Part shown: positions 14,101 to 27,499 of the stretch, one piece after another
Numbering within the stretch: the first letter of the stretch is position 1
Layout of the letters: the number at the start of each line of letters is the position of its first letter
NCBI RefSeq assembly: GCF_009914755.1
Contig: NC_060948.1
Direction: 5' to 3' (one strand)
Source: the human T2T-CHM13v2.0 reference genome, Homo sapiens
DNA: 64,000 nt
The notes under the pieces: model-generated
What the model was told of the DNA's origin: nothing
The model's database searches: none
What the model saw: only the letters and a program-made list of their open reading frames with translations
Made by a program: the position numbers and the translations under genes

Positions 14101-16770
14101 TGGAATTGAATGGACAAGAATGGAATGGATTGGAGTGCAATGGATGCGAATGAAAATGAAACGAATGGAATGGAATGGAATTGAAAGGAATGGAATAGAA
14201 AGGAAAAGAATGGAATGCAATCCGAAGGAACGTAAGAAATGGAATGATGTTGAATGGAATGGAATGGAATGGAATGGAATGGAATGGAATGGAATGGAAT
14301 GGAATGGAATGGAATAGAGTTGAACCAGAATGGAATGGAGTGGAATGGAATGGACAGGAATATATTGCATTGCAGCCTAATTGTTTAAAACGGAATGCAA
14401 TCGAATGGAATAGAATGGAATGGAGTGTAATGGAGAGGTATCAAACGGAATGGAATTTAACGGAATGGACTCGAGTGGAATGGACTGGAATGGAATGCAA
14501 TCGAATAGAATGGACTGGAATTGAATGTGCTCGAATGGAATAGATAGGATTGGAATGGACACGAATGGAATGGAAATGAATGGAATGGAAAGCAATGGAA
14601 TGGAATGGAAAGCAATAGAATGGAATGGAATTGGATGGAACGAAATGGAATGCAATTGATTTGAGTGGAATAGAATCGAATGGAATGGCATCAACTGGAA
14701 TGGAATTGAATTGAATGGACTCGAATGGAATGGATTCGAATACAATATAATCGAATGGAATGGATTCGAATAGAATATAATTGAATGGAATGGCACGTAG
14801 TGGAATGGAATGGACCCAAATGGAATGGACTCGAATGGAATCGAAAGAAATGTTCCCGAGTGGAATCTATCAGAATAAAATGTTATCGAATGGAATGCAA
14901 AAATATGGAATGGAATCGAATGGAATGCAATCGAATGGAATGGACAGGAATGGAATGGACTGGAAGAGAATGGACTCTAATGTAATGGATTGCAATGTAA
15001 TTGTTTCGAATAGAATGTATGTGAATGGAACTTGATCAAGTGGAATGGAATGGAATGCAATGGAATGCTACGGAGTGCAATCAAGTGGAATGCAATCAAA
15101 TGGAGTGGAATCGAATGGAATGGAATCCAATGGAAAGGACTGGCATGGAAAGGACTCCAATGGATTGGACTGGAATAAAATGGAACTGAACGGATTGCAA
15201 TCAAATGGAAAGGAACGGAATGGAATGAATTGGAATGGAATGGAGTCAAAAGGAAGGGAAACATATGTTATGGAATTGAATTGATATGAAACGAATAGAA
15301 TGGAATGGAGTGTAATGGAAAGATGTGGAATGGAATGGAATGGACTCGAATGGAATGGACCAGAATAAAATGGACTCGAATGGATTAGAAAAGAATGGAA
15401 TGGAATGGAATGCAACCGAATGTAATGGAAAGGAACAGAATGGAATGGAATCAGATGGAATGGAATGGAAGGGATTGGAGTCGAACAGAATAGAATCAAA
15501 AGTAATGGGATCGATTGGAATGGAATGGAATGGACTCGATTGGAATGGCATAGAATGGAATGGACTGGAGTGAAATGGAATCGAATGGAATGGAAACGAA
15601 TGAAATGGAATGGAATGGAACAGAAACGAACGAAATGGAATGGTATTGAATGGAATGGAGTGGAATGGAATGGAATGGAATGCAATGGAATGGAATAGAA
15701 TGGAATAGAATCGGATGGAATGGAATGGAATGCAATGGAGTCGAAAGGAATAAAATCGAAAGGAATGGCATCAAATGGAATGGAATGGACTCGAATGGAA
15801 TGGACTCGAATGGAATAGAATTGAAAGAATTGGCATTGAATGGAATGGAATGGAATGGTATGGACCCAAAGGTAATGGATTCGAATTGATTGGACTCATG
15901 TAGAATGGACTATAAAGAAATTGTTTCGAATGCAATTTATATGACTAAAGTGGAATCGAATGGAAGGCTATAGTATGGAATGGAATCGAATGAAATGGAA
16001 TCGAATAGAATGGACTGGAATGGAATGGACTGGAATAAAATGGAATCGAATGTAATGGATTGCAATGTAACTGATGTGAATGGAATGGAATATAATTGAA
16101 TGGAATCGAATTCGAATTGACATAAGAGGAATGGACTGGAATAGTATGGACTCGTATGTAATGGAATGGAATGTAATTGATTCGAAAAGAGTGGAGTTGG
16201 ATGGAATGTAAGAAAATGGAATGCAATAGAATGCAAAGTAATGGAATAGAATGGAAAGTAATGGAATGCAAAAGAGAGCAATAGAGTGGAATGTAATCGA
16301 ATGGAATGGACTGGAATTGAATGGACTCGAATGCAATGGACTGGAACAAAATTGAATAGAACGGATTGGAATCGAAAGGAATGGAAAGGAATAGAATGGA
16401 ATCGAATCGACATGAATGGAATGGAGTGAAACGGAATGGAATCGAATAGAATGGAATCGAATGGAATGGAATTGAATGGATTCGAAAGGAATAGAATGGA
16501 ATGGAGTTTAATGGAAAGATATCGAATGGAATATACTGGAATAGAAAGGAATAGAACGTAACGGATTGTAATGTAATTGATTCGAATGGAATGGAATCGA
16601 ATGGAATGTAATCAAATGGAATGGAAAGGAATGCAATGGAATGGTATAGAGTGAAGTGCAATGGAATGGAACAGAGTGGAATCGAGTGCAATGGAGTTCA
16701 ATGGAATGGAATGGAATGAAAAGGAATGGAATGGAATGAAAAGGAATGGAATGGAATGCAATGGAATGGA
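8138..16770 (+). repeat. 8.6 kb higher-order repeat, copy 2 (complete, 8633 bp)
   Basis: Starts at GTAGAATGGAATGCAGTGGAATAAAACGGAGAGG (8138), which recurs at 16771. Colinear with copies 1 and 3 apart from scattered SNVs and pentamer indels. Confidence 0.93.
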
Positions 16771-19700
16771 GTAGAATGGAATGCAGTGGAATAAAACGGA
16801 GAGGAATCGAGTGGAATGGAGTCAATTGGAATTCACTGGAACAATCGAATGGATTGGAATCAAACGGAAAGGAATGGAATGGAATGCAATGGAATGGAAT
16901 CTAAAGGAATGGATTCGAATGGAATGGAATCGAATGGAATGGAATTGAATGGAATGGAATTTTATAGAATCAAAAAGAATAGACTGGAATGGAGTGTAAT
17001 GGAGAATTATCAAATGGAATGTAATGGAAAGGATTGGATTCAAATGGAATGGACAGGAATGGAATGGACTCGAATGAAATGGACTAGAGTGGAATGGAAA
17101 CGAATGGAAGGGAAACGAATGAAATGCAATGGAATGGAATGCACTGGAATGGAAACGAAAGGAATAGAATGGAATGGAATCAGATGCAACTGATTGGAAG
17201 GGAATGGAGTCAATTGGAATAGAATCAAATCCAATGGTATAGCATGGTGTGGAATGGAAAGGACTCGAATGGAATGGACGCGAATGGAATGGCATCGAAT
17301 GGAATGGAATGGAGTGAACTGGAATGAACTGGACCCAAATGTAATGGACTAGAGTGGAATGGACTCAAATAGAATGGACTCAAAACCAACTATCCCGAAT
17401 GGAATTTATTCGAATAGAATGGAATCAAATGTAATGCAATACTATGGAATGGAATTGAAAGGAATGGAATCGAATGGAATGGACTGGAAAGGAATGGACT
17501 GGAATAGAATGGACTCAAATATAATGGATTGCAATGTAATTGATTCAAATGAAACGGAATCGAATGGAATGTAATCAAATTGAATGGAAAGCAATGCAAT
17601 GTAATGGAATAGAATGGAATGCAACTGAGTGGAACGGAACGGAGTGGAATCGAGTGGAATCGAACCGAGTGGAATGTAAACAAATGGAATAGAATTGATT
17701 GGAGTGGACACCAAAGAAATGGACGTGGGAAAAAACGCAATCAAACAGATTGGAATAGAAAGAAACGGAATGGAATGGAATGGAATGGAATGGAATGGAA
17801 TGGAATGGAATGGAATGGAATGGAATGCAATGGAATGGAATGGAATGGAATGGAATGGAATGGAGTGGAATGGAATGGAATGGAATGGAAAGGACTCGAA
17901 TTGTGTGGAGTATAATGGATTGGTATGGAATGGAATGAAATTGATGGTAAAGGAAAAATCTTGAATGGAATGGAATGTAAGAGCATGGAATCAAATGGAA
18001 TGAACTGGAATGGAACACACTGGAATGGAATGCACTGTAATCGAATGGACTCGAATGAAATGGATATGAATGGAATGGAATGGAATGGAATCTAGTGGAT
18101 TTGAATGGAATCGAATGGAAAGGATACGAATGGAAAGGAATAGATTGGAAGGAATAGGATGGAAAGGAATAGAATGGAATGGAGACGAATGGAATAGAAT
18201 CGAATGGTATGGCATCAAGTGGAACGGAATGGAATGGAACGGACTCAAATGTAATGGACTCGAAAGGAATAGAAATGAACGGAATGGCATTGAATGGAAT
18301 GGAATGGAATGGACCCAAATGTAATGGACTCGAAGGAATGAATTCAAATAGAATGTACTCGCAAAGAGTGGTCTCGATGGGAATTAATTTGAATAGAATC
18401 GAATCGAATGGAATGCAATAGAATGCGATGGAATCAAATGGAATGGAACAGAAAGTAATGGACTGAACTAGAATGGTCTGAAATGTAATGGATTACAATA
18501 TATTTGATTTGAATGGAATGGAATCGAATGTAATGTAGTCAAAAGAAATTGAATTTTACACAATGGAATGGAACAGAATGGAATGCAATGGAATGGAAGG
18601 GAGTGCAATGGAATGGAATGGAATGGCATGGAATGGAATGGAATGGAATGGAGTGGTATCTGATGGAATGGAATGGAATGGAGTGGAATGGACTCGAATG
18701 GAATTGATTCAAAACGAATGGAATGGATTCAAACCAATAGAATCAAACGGAATGGAATCAAATGGAATGGAATTGAATGGAAATGAAACGAATAGAATGT
18801 AATGGAGTGTAATGCAAAGATATTGAATGGAATGAAATGGACTCGAATGGAATGGAATTTAATGAAATGGACTAGAATGTAATGGACTTCAGTGGAACGG
18901 ACTCGAATTGAATAGAAACAAATGGAATGCAATGGAGTGAAAGCAAATGAAATGGAAAGGAATAGAATGGAATGCAATCACACGGAAGGGAATGGAGGTT
19001 AAAGGAGTCGAATGGAATAGAATCAAATGTAATGGGATCGATTTGAATAGAATATAATTGACTCGAATGGAATGGCATAGAATGGAATGGACTAGAGTGA
19101 AATTGACTCGAATCGAATGGACTGGATTGGAATGGACTCGAATGGAATGGAATGGATTGGACTCGAATGTAATGGACTGGATTGGAATTTACTCAAATGG
19201 AATGGACTGGAGTTGAATGGAATTGAATGGAATCCCAAAGAATGGAATGCAATGCAATGGAATGGAATGGAATGGAATGGAATGGAATGGAATGGAACGG
19301 AATGGAATGGAATGGACTCAAATATAATGGACTCAAATGCAATGGCCTCAAATAGAATGAACTCGAAAGGAATGTTCCAAATGGAGTTTATTCGAATAAA
19401 ACGGAAAAGAATGTAATGCAATAGTATGCAATGGAATCGAATGAATCCAATCTTATGGAATAGAATTGAATGGAAGAGGTTCGAATGAAACGGACTGGAA
19501 TGGAATGGATTGCAATAGAATGGTCTCGAATGTAAAGGACTGCCATGAAATTGATTCGAATGGAATGGAACCGAATGGAATCGAATCAAAATGAATGGAA
19601 TTGAACGCAATGGAATGGAATACAATGGAATGCAATGGAATGGAAAGAGCGGAATCGAATGGAATGGAATCGAATGAAATGGAATCCATTGGAATGGACT

Positions 19701-22700
19701 GAAATGTAATGGACTCGAATGGATTGGACTGGAACAAAATGCAATCAACCAGATTGGAATCATTTGGAACGTAATGGAATGGAATAGAATGGAACAGAAT
19801 GTAATATAATGGTCTCGAATGGAATGGATTCGAATGGAATGGAATTGAATGGAATTTTATGAAATAGAATGCAATTGAAAGGAAAAGAATGGAATGGAGT
19901 GTATTGGAAAGAACTCCATTGGAATGGAAAGGAAAGGAATCGAATGGTATGTATTGGAATTGAACAGACTCCTAGGGAATGGATTAGAGTGGAATGCACA
20001 CGAAAGGTATGCAAATTAATGGAATCGAAAGGAATGGAATGGAATAGAATGGAATGGTATTGGATGGAATGGAATGGAATGGAGACAAAATGAATAGAAT
20101 TGTATGGAATGGTATGGAATGGAATGGAAAGGAATGAACTTGAATGGATTCGAATGGAATGGAGTCGAATGCAATGGAATCGAATGCAATGGCTTCAAAT
20201 GGAATGGAATGGTATTTAATGGAATGCAATGGAATGGAATGCAGCCAAATGTAAGGGACTCGAATGTAATAGACTCAAAAATGATGGACACGAATGGAAG
20301 GAACACGCATGGAATTTTTTCCATTAGAATGGAATTGAATTGTATGCAATAGTATGGAATGGAATCGAATGGAATGGAATCGAATGGAGTGGACTGGAAA
20401 GGAATGGACTGGAATACGTTGGACACGAATGTAATGGATTACAATGTAATTGTTTCGAATGCAATGGAATCAAATGGAATGTTATCAAAAGGCATTGAAA
20501 GGAACGCAATGGAATGGAATGGAATGGAATGGAATGGAATGGAATGGAATGGAATGGAATGCAATGCAATGCAGTGCAATGGAATGGAATGAGTAGAATC
20601 GAGTGGAATGGAATCGAGTGAATGGAATCGAATGGAATGGAACCGAATGGATCAGAATCGGATACAATTTACTGGAATGGAATGGACTCGAGTGGAATGG
20701 ACTGGAATAAAATGAAATTGCATAGATTAGAACAGAATGGAACGAAATGGAACGGAATGGAATGCAATGGAAAGGAATGGAATGGAATGGAATGGACTCG
20801 ATGGGAATGGAGTGCAATGGAATGTAATCAAATTGAATGGAATGGAGTAGAAATGAAGTGAATGGAATGGGAAGGAATAGAATGGAATGGAGTGTAATGG
20901 AAATATTTCGAATGGAAAGGAATGGAATGGTATGGACTCGACTGGAATGGACTGGAATGAAATGGACTCGAATGGAATGGACTGGAGTGGAAGGGAATTG
21001 AATGGTACAGAAACGAATAGAACGGAATGGAAAATAATAGAATGGAATGGAATGGAATAGAATCGAATGGAATGGAGTCAAATGGAATAGAATCGAATGG
21101 AATGCAATGGAATGGAATGGAATGGAATGCAAAGGACTCGAATAGAATGTATTCGAATGGAATTGAATGGATTTGAAAGGCATCGAATGGAATGGAATGG
21201 AATGGACACAAATACAATGGACTCGAAGGGAATTGACCCAAATAGAAAGGACTCGAAAGGAATGGCATCGAATGGAATTTATTCGAATAGAATGGAATCC
21301 AATTGCATGCAATGGGATGGAATGGAATGGAATAGAAAAGAATGGACAGGAAAGGAATGGACTTGTATGGAAAGGACTAGAATGTAGTGGATTGCAAAGT
21401 AAATGGTTCAAATGGAATGGAATCTAATGGAAAGTATTCAAATGGAATTGAATTGAATGAATCAGATGGGAATACAAAGGAATGCAGGAGAATGGAACGG
21501 AGGGGAATTGAGTGGGATGGAATTTTGTGGAATGGAATCCAATGGAATGGAATCGAATGAAATGGATTCGAATGGAATTGACATCAACAAAATTGAATCG
21601 AATGAGTTGGAATCAAATGGAATGGAATGGAATGGAATGGAAAGGAATGGAATGGAATGGAATGTACTAAAATGGAGTGTAGTAGAATGGAACGGAACTG
21701 AATGGAATGGAATCAAATAGAATGGAATTGAATGGAATCGAATGAAATGGAATGGAATGGAGTGAAATGGAATGATATCGATTGGATTGAAATGGACTCG
21801 AATGAAATGGACTGGACTGGAATGGAATGGAATCGAATGGAATGGATCTGAACGGAATGGACTGGAAAAGAACGGAATCAAATTTAATGGATTGCAATGT
21901 ATTTGATTCGAATGTAATGGAATCCAAATTGAATATAATCAAATGGAATTTAATGGAATGCAAAGGAATGGAATAGAATGGAAAGCAGGGGAAATAAATG
22001 GAGTGGAATCGATTCTAATGGAATCGAAAGGAAAGGAGTTGAATGGAATAGATTCAAATGGAATGGACTCAAATGAAATAGAATTGAGTCGAGTGGCATC
22101 AAATGGAATGGAATGGAAAGGAACGGAATAGACCACAAAGTAATGTACTTAAATGAAATGGACTCAAATAGAATGAAACAAAAAGGAATGTTCTTAAATG
22201 GAATTTATTTGAATAGAATGGAATCGAATGGAATTCAATAGTATGGAATGGAATCGAATGGATGGAGTCAAATGGATTGGACCGGAAAGAAATGGACTCG
22301 AATGGAATGGACAGGAATGTATTGGCTTACAATGTAATTGATTCGAATGGAATGGAACTGAATGGAATGTAATCAAACGGATTGGATGGGAATGCAATGC
22401 AATAGAATAGAATGGAATGCAGTGGAATGGAATGGAATGGAATGGAATCGAGTGAAATGGAATCGAACAGAATGGAATCGAATGGAATGGAATCTATTGG
22501 AATGTACTGGAATATAATGGACTCAAATGGATTGGACTGTAACAAAATGGAATAGAACAGATTGGAATCGAATGGAACAGAATGGAATTGAATGGAATGG
22601 ACTCGAATAGAATGGAGTCGAGTGGAATGGATTTGAATGGAATGGAATGAAATAGAATGGAATTGAATGGAATCGATAGGAGGAGAATGGAATGCAGTGT

Positions 22701-25372
22701 AATGGAAAGAAATCGAATCGAATCGAAGGGAATGGACTCAAATGGAAAGTGCTGGAATTGAATGGACAAGAATGGAATGGATTGGAGTGCAATGGATGCG
22801 AATGAAAATGAAACGAATGGAATGGAATGGAATTGAAAGGAATGGAATAGAAAGGAAAAGAATGGAATGCAATCCGAAGGAACTTAAGAAATGGAATGAT
22901 GTGGAATGGAATGGAATGGAATGGAATGGAATGGAATGGAATGGAATGGAATGGAATAGAGTTGAACCAGAATGGAATGGAGTGGAATGGAATGGACAGG
23001 AATATATTGCATTGCAGCCTAATTGTTTAAAACGGAATGCAATCGAATGGAATAGAATGGAATGGAGTGTAATGGAGAGGTATCAAACGGAATGGAATTT
23101 AACGGAATGGACTCGAGTGGAATGGACTGGAATGGAATGCAATCGAATAGAATGGACTGGAATTGAATGCGCTCGAATGGAATAGATAGGATTGGAATGG
23201 ACACGAATGGAATGGAAATGAATGGAATGGAATGGAAATGAATGGAATGGAATTGGATGGAACGAAATGGAATGCAATTGATTTGAGTGGAATAGAATCG
23301 AATGGAATGGCATCAACTGGAATGGAATTGAATTGAATGGACTCGAATGGAATGGATTCGAATACAATATAATCGAATGGAATGGATTCGAATAGAATAT
23401 AATTGAATGGAATGGCACGTAGTGGAATGGAATGGACCCAAATGGAATGGACTCGAATGGAATCGAAAGAAATGTTCCCGAGTGGAATCTATCAGAATAA
23501 AATGTTATCGAATGGAATGCAAAAATATGGAATGGAATCGAATGGAATGCAATCGAATGGAATGGACAGGAATGGAATGGACTGGAAGAGAATGGACTCT
23601 AATGTAATGGATTGCAATGTAATTGTTTCGAATAGAATGTATGTGAATGGAACTTGATCAAGTGGAATGGAATGGAATGCAATGGAATGCTACGGAGTGC
23701 AATCAAGTGGAATGCAATCAAATGGAGTGGAATCGAATGGAATGGAATCCAATGGAAAGGACTGGCATGGAAAGGACTCCAATGGATTGGACTGGAATAA
23801 AATGGAACTGAACGGATTGCAATCAAATGGAAAGGAACGGAATGGAATGAATTGGAATGGAATGGAGTCAAAAGGAAGGGAAACATATGTTATGGAATTG
23901 AATTGATATGAAACGAATAGAATGGAATGGAGTGTAATGGAAAGATGTGGAATGGAATGGAATGGACTCGAATGGAATGGACCAGAATAAAATGGACTCG
24001 AATGGATTAGAAAAGAATGGAATGGAATGGAATGCAACCGAATGTAATGGAAAGGAACAGAATGGAATGGAATCAGATGGAATGGAATGGAAGGGATTGG
24101 AGTCGAACAGAATAGAATCAAAAGTAATGGGATCGATTGGAATGGAATGGAATGGACTCGATTGGAATGGCATAGAATGGAATGGACTGGAGTGAAATGG
24201 AATCGAATGGAATGGAAACGAATGAAATGGAATGGAATGGAACAGAAACGAACGAAATGGAATGGTATTGAATGGAATGGAGTGGAATGGAATGGAATGG
24301 AATGCAATGGAATGGAATAGAATGGAATAGAATCGGATGGAATGGAATGGAATGCAATGGAGTCGAAAGGAATAAAATCGAAAGGAATGGCATCAAATGG
24401 AATGGAATGGACTCGAATGGAATGGACTCGAATGGAATAGAATTGAAAGAATTGGCATTGAATGGAATGGAATGGAATGGTATGGACCCAAAGGTAATGG
24501 ATTCGAATTGATTGGACTCATGTAGAATGGACTATAAAGAAATTGTTTCGAATGCAATTTATATGACTAAAGTGGAATCGAATGGAAGGCTATAGTATGG
24601 AATGGAATCGAATGAAATGGAATCGAATAGAATGGACTGGAATGGAATGGACTGGAATAAAATGGAATCGAATGTAATGGATTGCAATGTAACTGATGTG
24701 AATGGAATGGAATATAATTGAATGGAATCGAATTCGAATTGACATAAGAGGAATGGACTGGAATAGTATGGACTCGTATGTAATGGAATGGAATGTAATT
24801 GATTCGAAAAGAGTGGAGTTGGATGGAATGTAAGAAAATGGAATGCAATAGAATGCAAAGTAATGGAATAGAATGGAAAGTAATGGAATGCAAAAGAGAG
24901 CAATAGAGTGGAATGTAATCGAATGGAATGGACTGGAATTGAATGGACTCGAATGCAATGGACTGGAACAAAATTGAATAGAACGGATTGGAATCGAAAG
25001 GAATGGAAAGGAATAGAATGGAATCGAATCGACATGAATGGAATGGAGTGAAACGGAATGGAATCGAATAGAATGGAATCGAATGGAATGGAATTGAATG
25101 GATTCGAAAGGAATAGAATGGAATGGAGTTTAATGGAAAGATATCGAATGGAATATACTGGAATAGAAAGGAATAGAATGTAACGGATTGTAATGTAATT
25201 GATTTGAATGGAATGGAATCGAATGGAATGTAATCAAATGGAATGGAAAGGAATGCAATGGAATGGTATAGAGTGAAGTGCAATGGAATGGAACAGAGTG
25301 GAATCGAGTGCAATGGAGTTCAATGGAATGGAATGGAATGAAAAGGAATGGAATGGAATGCAATGGAATGGA
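16771..25372 (+). repeat. 8.6 kb higher-order repeat, copy 3 (complete, 8602 bp; terminal copy)
   Basis: Colinear with copy 2 until ...AAAAGGAATGGAATGGAATGCAATGGAATGGA (25372). It then continues ATGGTCTCGAATAG instead of GTAGAATGG, marking the end of the homogeneous array. Confidence 0.93.
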
Positions 25373-25739
25373 ATGGTCTCGAATAGATTGGAGTGGAAAA
25401 AAATGGAACCGAATGGATTGGAATTGTTCTGAAAGGAATGGAATGGAATGGATATGAATGGAATGGATTTGAAAGTAATGGAATCGAATGGAACGGAATC
25501 AAACAGAATGGAATTGAATGGAATCGAAAGGAATAGAATGGAATGGAGTGTCTTGGAAATATACCGAATCGAATGTAATAGACTCAAATTGAATGGACTG
25601 GAAAACATTGGAAACGAAAGGAATGGACTGGAGTGGAATGGATTCTAATGGTATGGAAATGAAAGGAATGGAATGGAATGGAATGGAACGGAACGGAATG
25701 GAATGGAATGGAATGGAATGGAATGGAATGGAATTGATT

Positions 25740-25809
25740 GGAATGGAATGGAATGGAATGGAATGGAATGGAATGGAATGGAATGGAATGGAATGGAATG
25801 GAATGGAAT
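25740..25809 (+). repeat. Pure (GGAAT)14 tract
   Basis: Uninterrupted GGAAT run inside a nearly pure ~170 bp stretch (25665-25835). It is one of the longest perfect tracts in the window. Confidence 0.85.
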
Positions 25810-25949
25810 AGATTGGAATGGAATGGAATGGAATGGATTCAAATGGAATAGAATCATTTAGAATGGCCTCGAATGGAATGGAATGGAATGTGGTGGACTT
25901 AAATGGAATGGACTCGAATGGAATGGATTCAAATAGAATGGAAACGAAA

Positions 25950-25964
25950 GGAATGTTCTTGAAT
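25950..25964. promoter_or_regulatory. Perfect 3-unit heat shock element consensus match (nGAAnnTTCnnGAAn); function unproven
   Basis: gGAAtgTTCttGAAt matches the canonical HSF1 element exactly. It is a sequence match only. Confidence 0.3.
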
Positions 25965-27499
25965 GGAATTTATTCGAATATAAAAGAGTCAAATCGAAGG
26001 CAATAGAAATTAATGGAATCAAATGGAATGGAAACGAATGTAATTGACAGGAAAGAATGGACTAGAATAGTATGGAGTCCAATGTAATGGATTGCAATGT
26101 AATTGATTCGAATAGAATTTAATCGAATGGAATATAATCTAACGAAATGGAATGGAATACAAAGGAATGGAATAGAATGGAATGCAACGGAATGGAATGG
26201 AGTGAAATCGACTTGAACAGAATCGAATGGAATGGAATCAAATGGAATGGCCTAGCATGGAATGAAATCGAATGGAATGGATGGGACGAAAATGGAATGG
26301 AATGGATTTGAATCAAAAGGAAAGGAATGGAAAGGAAAAGAATGGAATGGAATGGATTCAAATAGAATGGAATCAAATGGAATGGAATTGATGAGAATCA
26401 AAAGGAATAGAATTGATAGGAGTGTAAAGGAATTTCTTTGAATGGAAAGGACAGGAATGGAATGGAATGGTCTCGAATGGAATGGACTGGAATGGAACAG
26501 ACTGGAGTGGAACGGACTCGAGTAGAATGGACTTGAATGGAATGGAAACGAATGAAATGAAATGGAAAGGACTGCAATAGAATTGAAAGGAATAGAATGG
26601 AATGAAATCAGATGGACGGGAATGGTATGGAATGGAGTCGAATAGAATAGAGTCGAATGAAATGGCATTGAATGTAATAGAATGGAATGGAATTGACTCG
26701 AATGCAATGGAAACGAACGGAATGCAATGAAATGCAAAGGAATGGATTGGAATTGAATTGGATGCAATAGAATGGATTAGAATGGAATAAAATTGAGTGT
26801 AATGGCATCGAATGGAATGCAATGGAATGGACTCGAATGGAATGGACTTGAATGTAGTAGAATGGAATGGCATGACATCGAATGGAAAGGAAAGGAATGG
26901 AAAGGAATGGAATCAGTTGGAACGGAATAGAAAGGAATGGAGTCAAATGGTATAGAATCTAATGGAATGGTATCGAACTGACTGGAATGGATTGAACTAA
27001 AATGTAATGGACTCGAATGCAATAGAAGAGAATGGAATGACGTCGAATCAAATGGAATGAAATGGATTGGAATGCAATGGATAGGAATGTAATGGATTGG
27101 ACCCAAATGTAAAGGACACAAATGGAATGGACTCAAGTGGAATGGACTCAAGTACAATGGACTTGAAAGGAATGGTCTCGAATGGAATTCATTATAATAC
27201 AATGGAATCGAATGGAATGAATTAGTATGGAATGATATCGAATGGAATGGAATTGAATGGAATGAACCGGAATGGAATGGACTGGAATAGAAGCGACTCG
27301 AATGTAATGGATTGCAATTTAATGGATTTGAAATGAATGGATTCAAAAGGAATGTAATGAAATGGAATGGAATGGTATGCAACGGAATGGATAAGAATGG
27401 AATGCAATAAAAGGAAATGGAGTGGAATCCAGTGGAATGGAATCGAATGGAATGGAATTGTATGGAATGGAATAGAATGCAATGGACCAGAATGGAATG

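Noticed and set aside
1-25372. The 8.6 kb triplication as a pure assembly artefact
   Set aside because: Each copy has its own private SNVs with a CpG-biased spectrum and pentamer-multiple indels, which fits real divergence better than error. Read-level confirmation is still needed.
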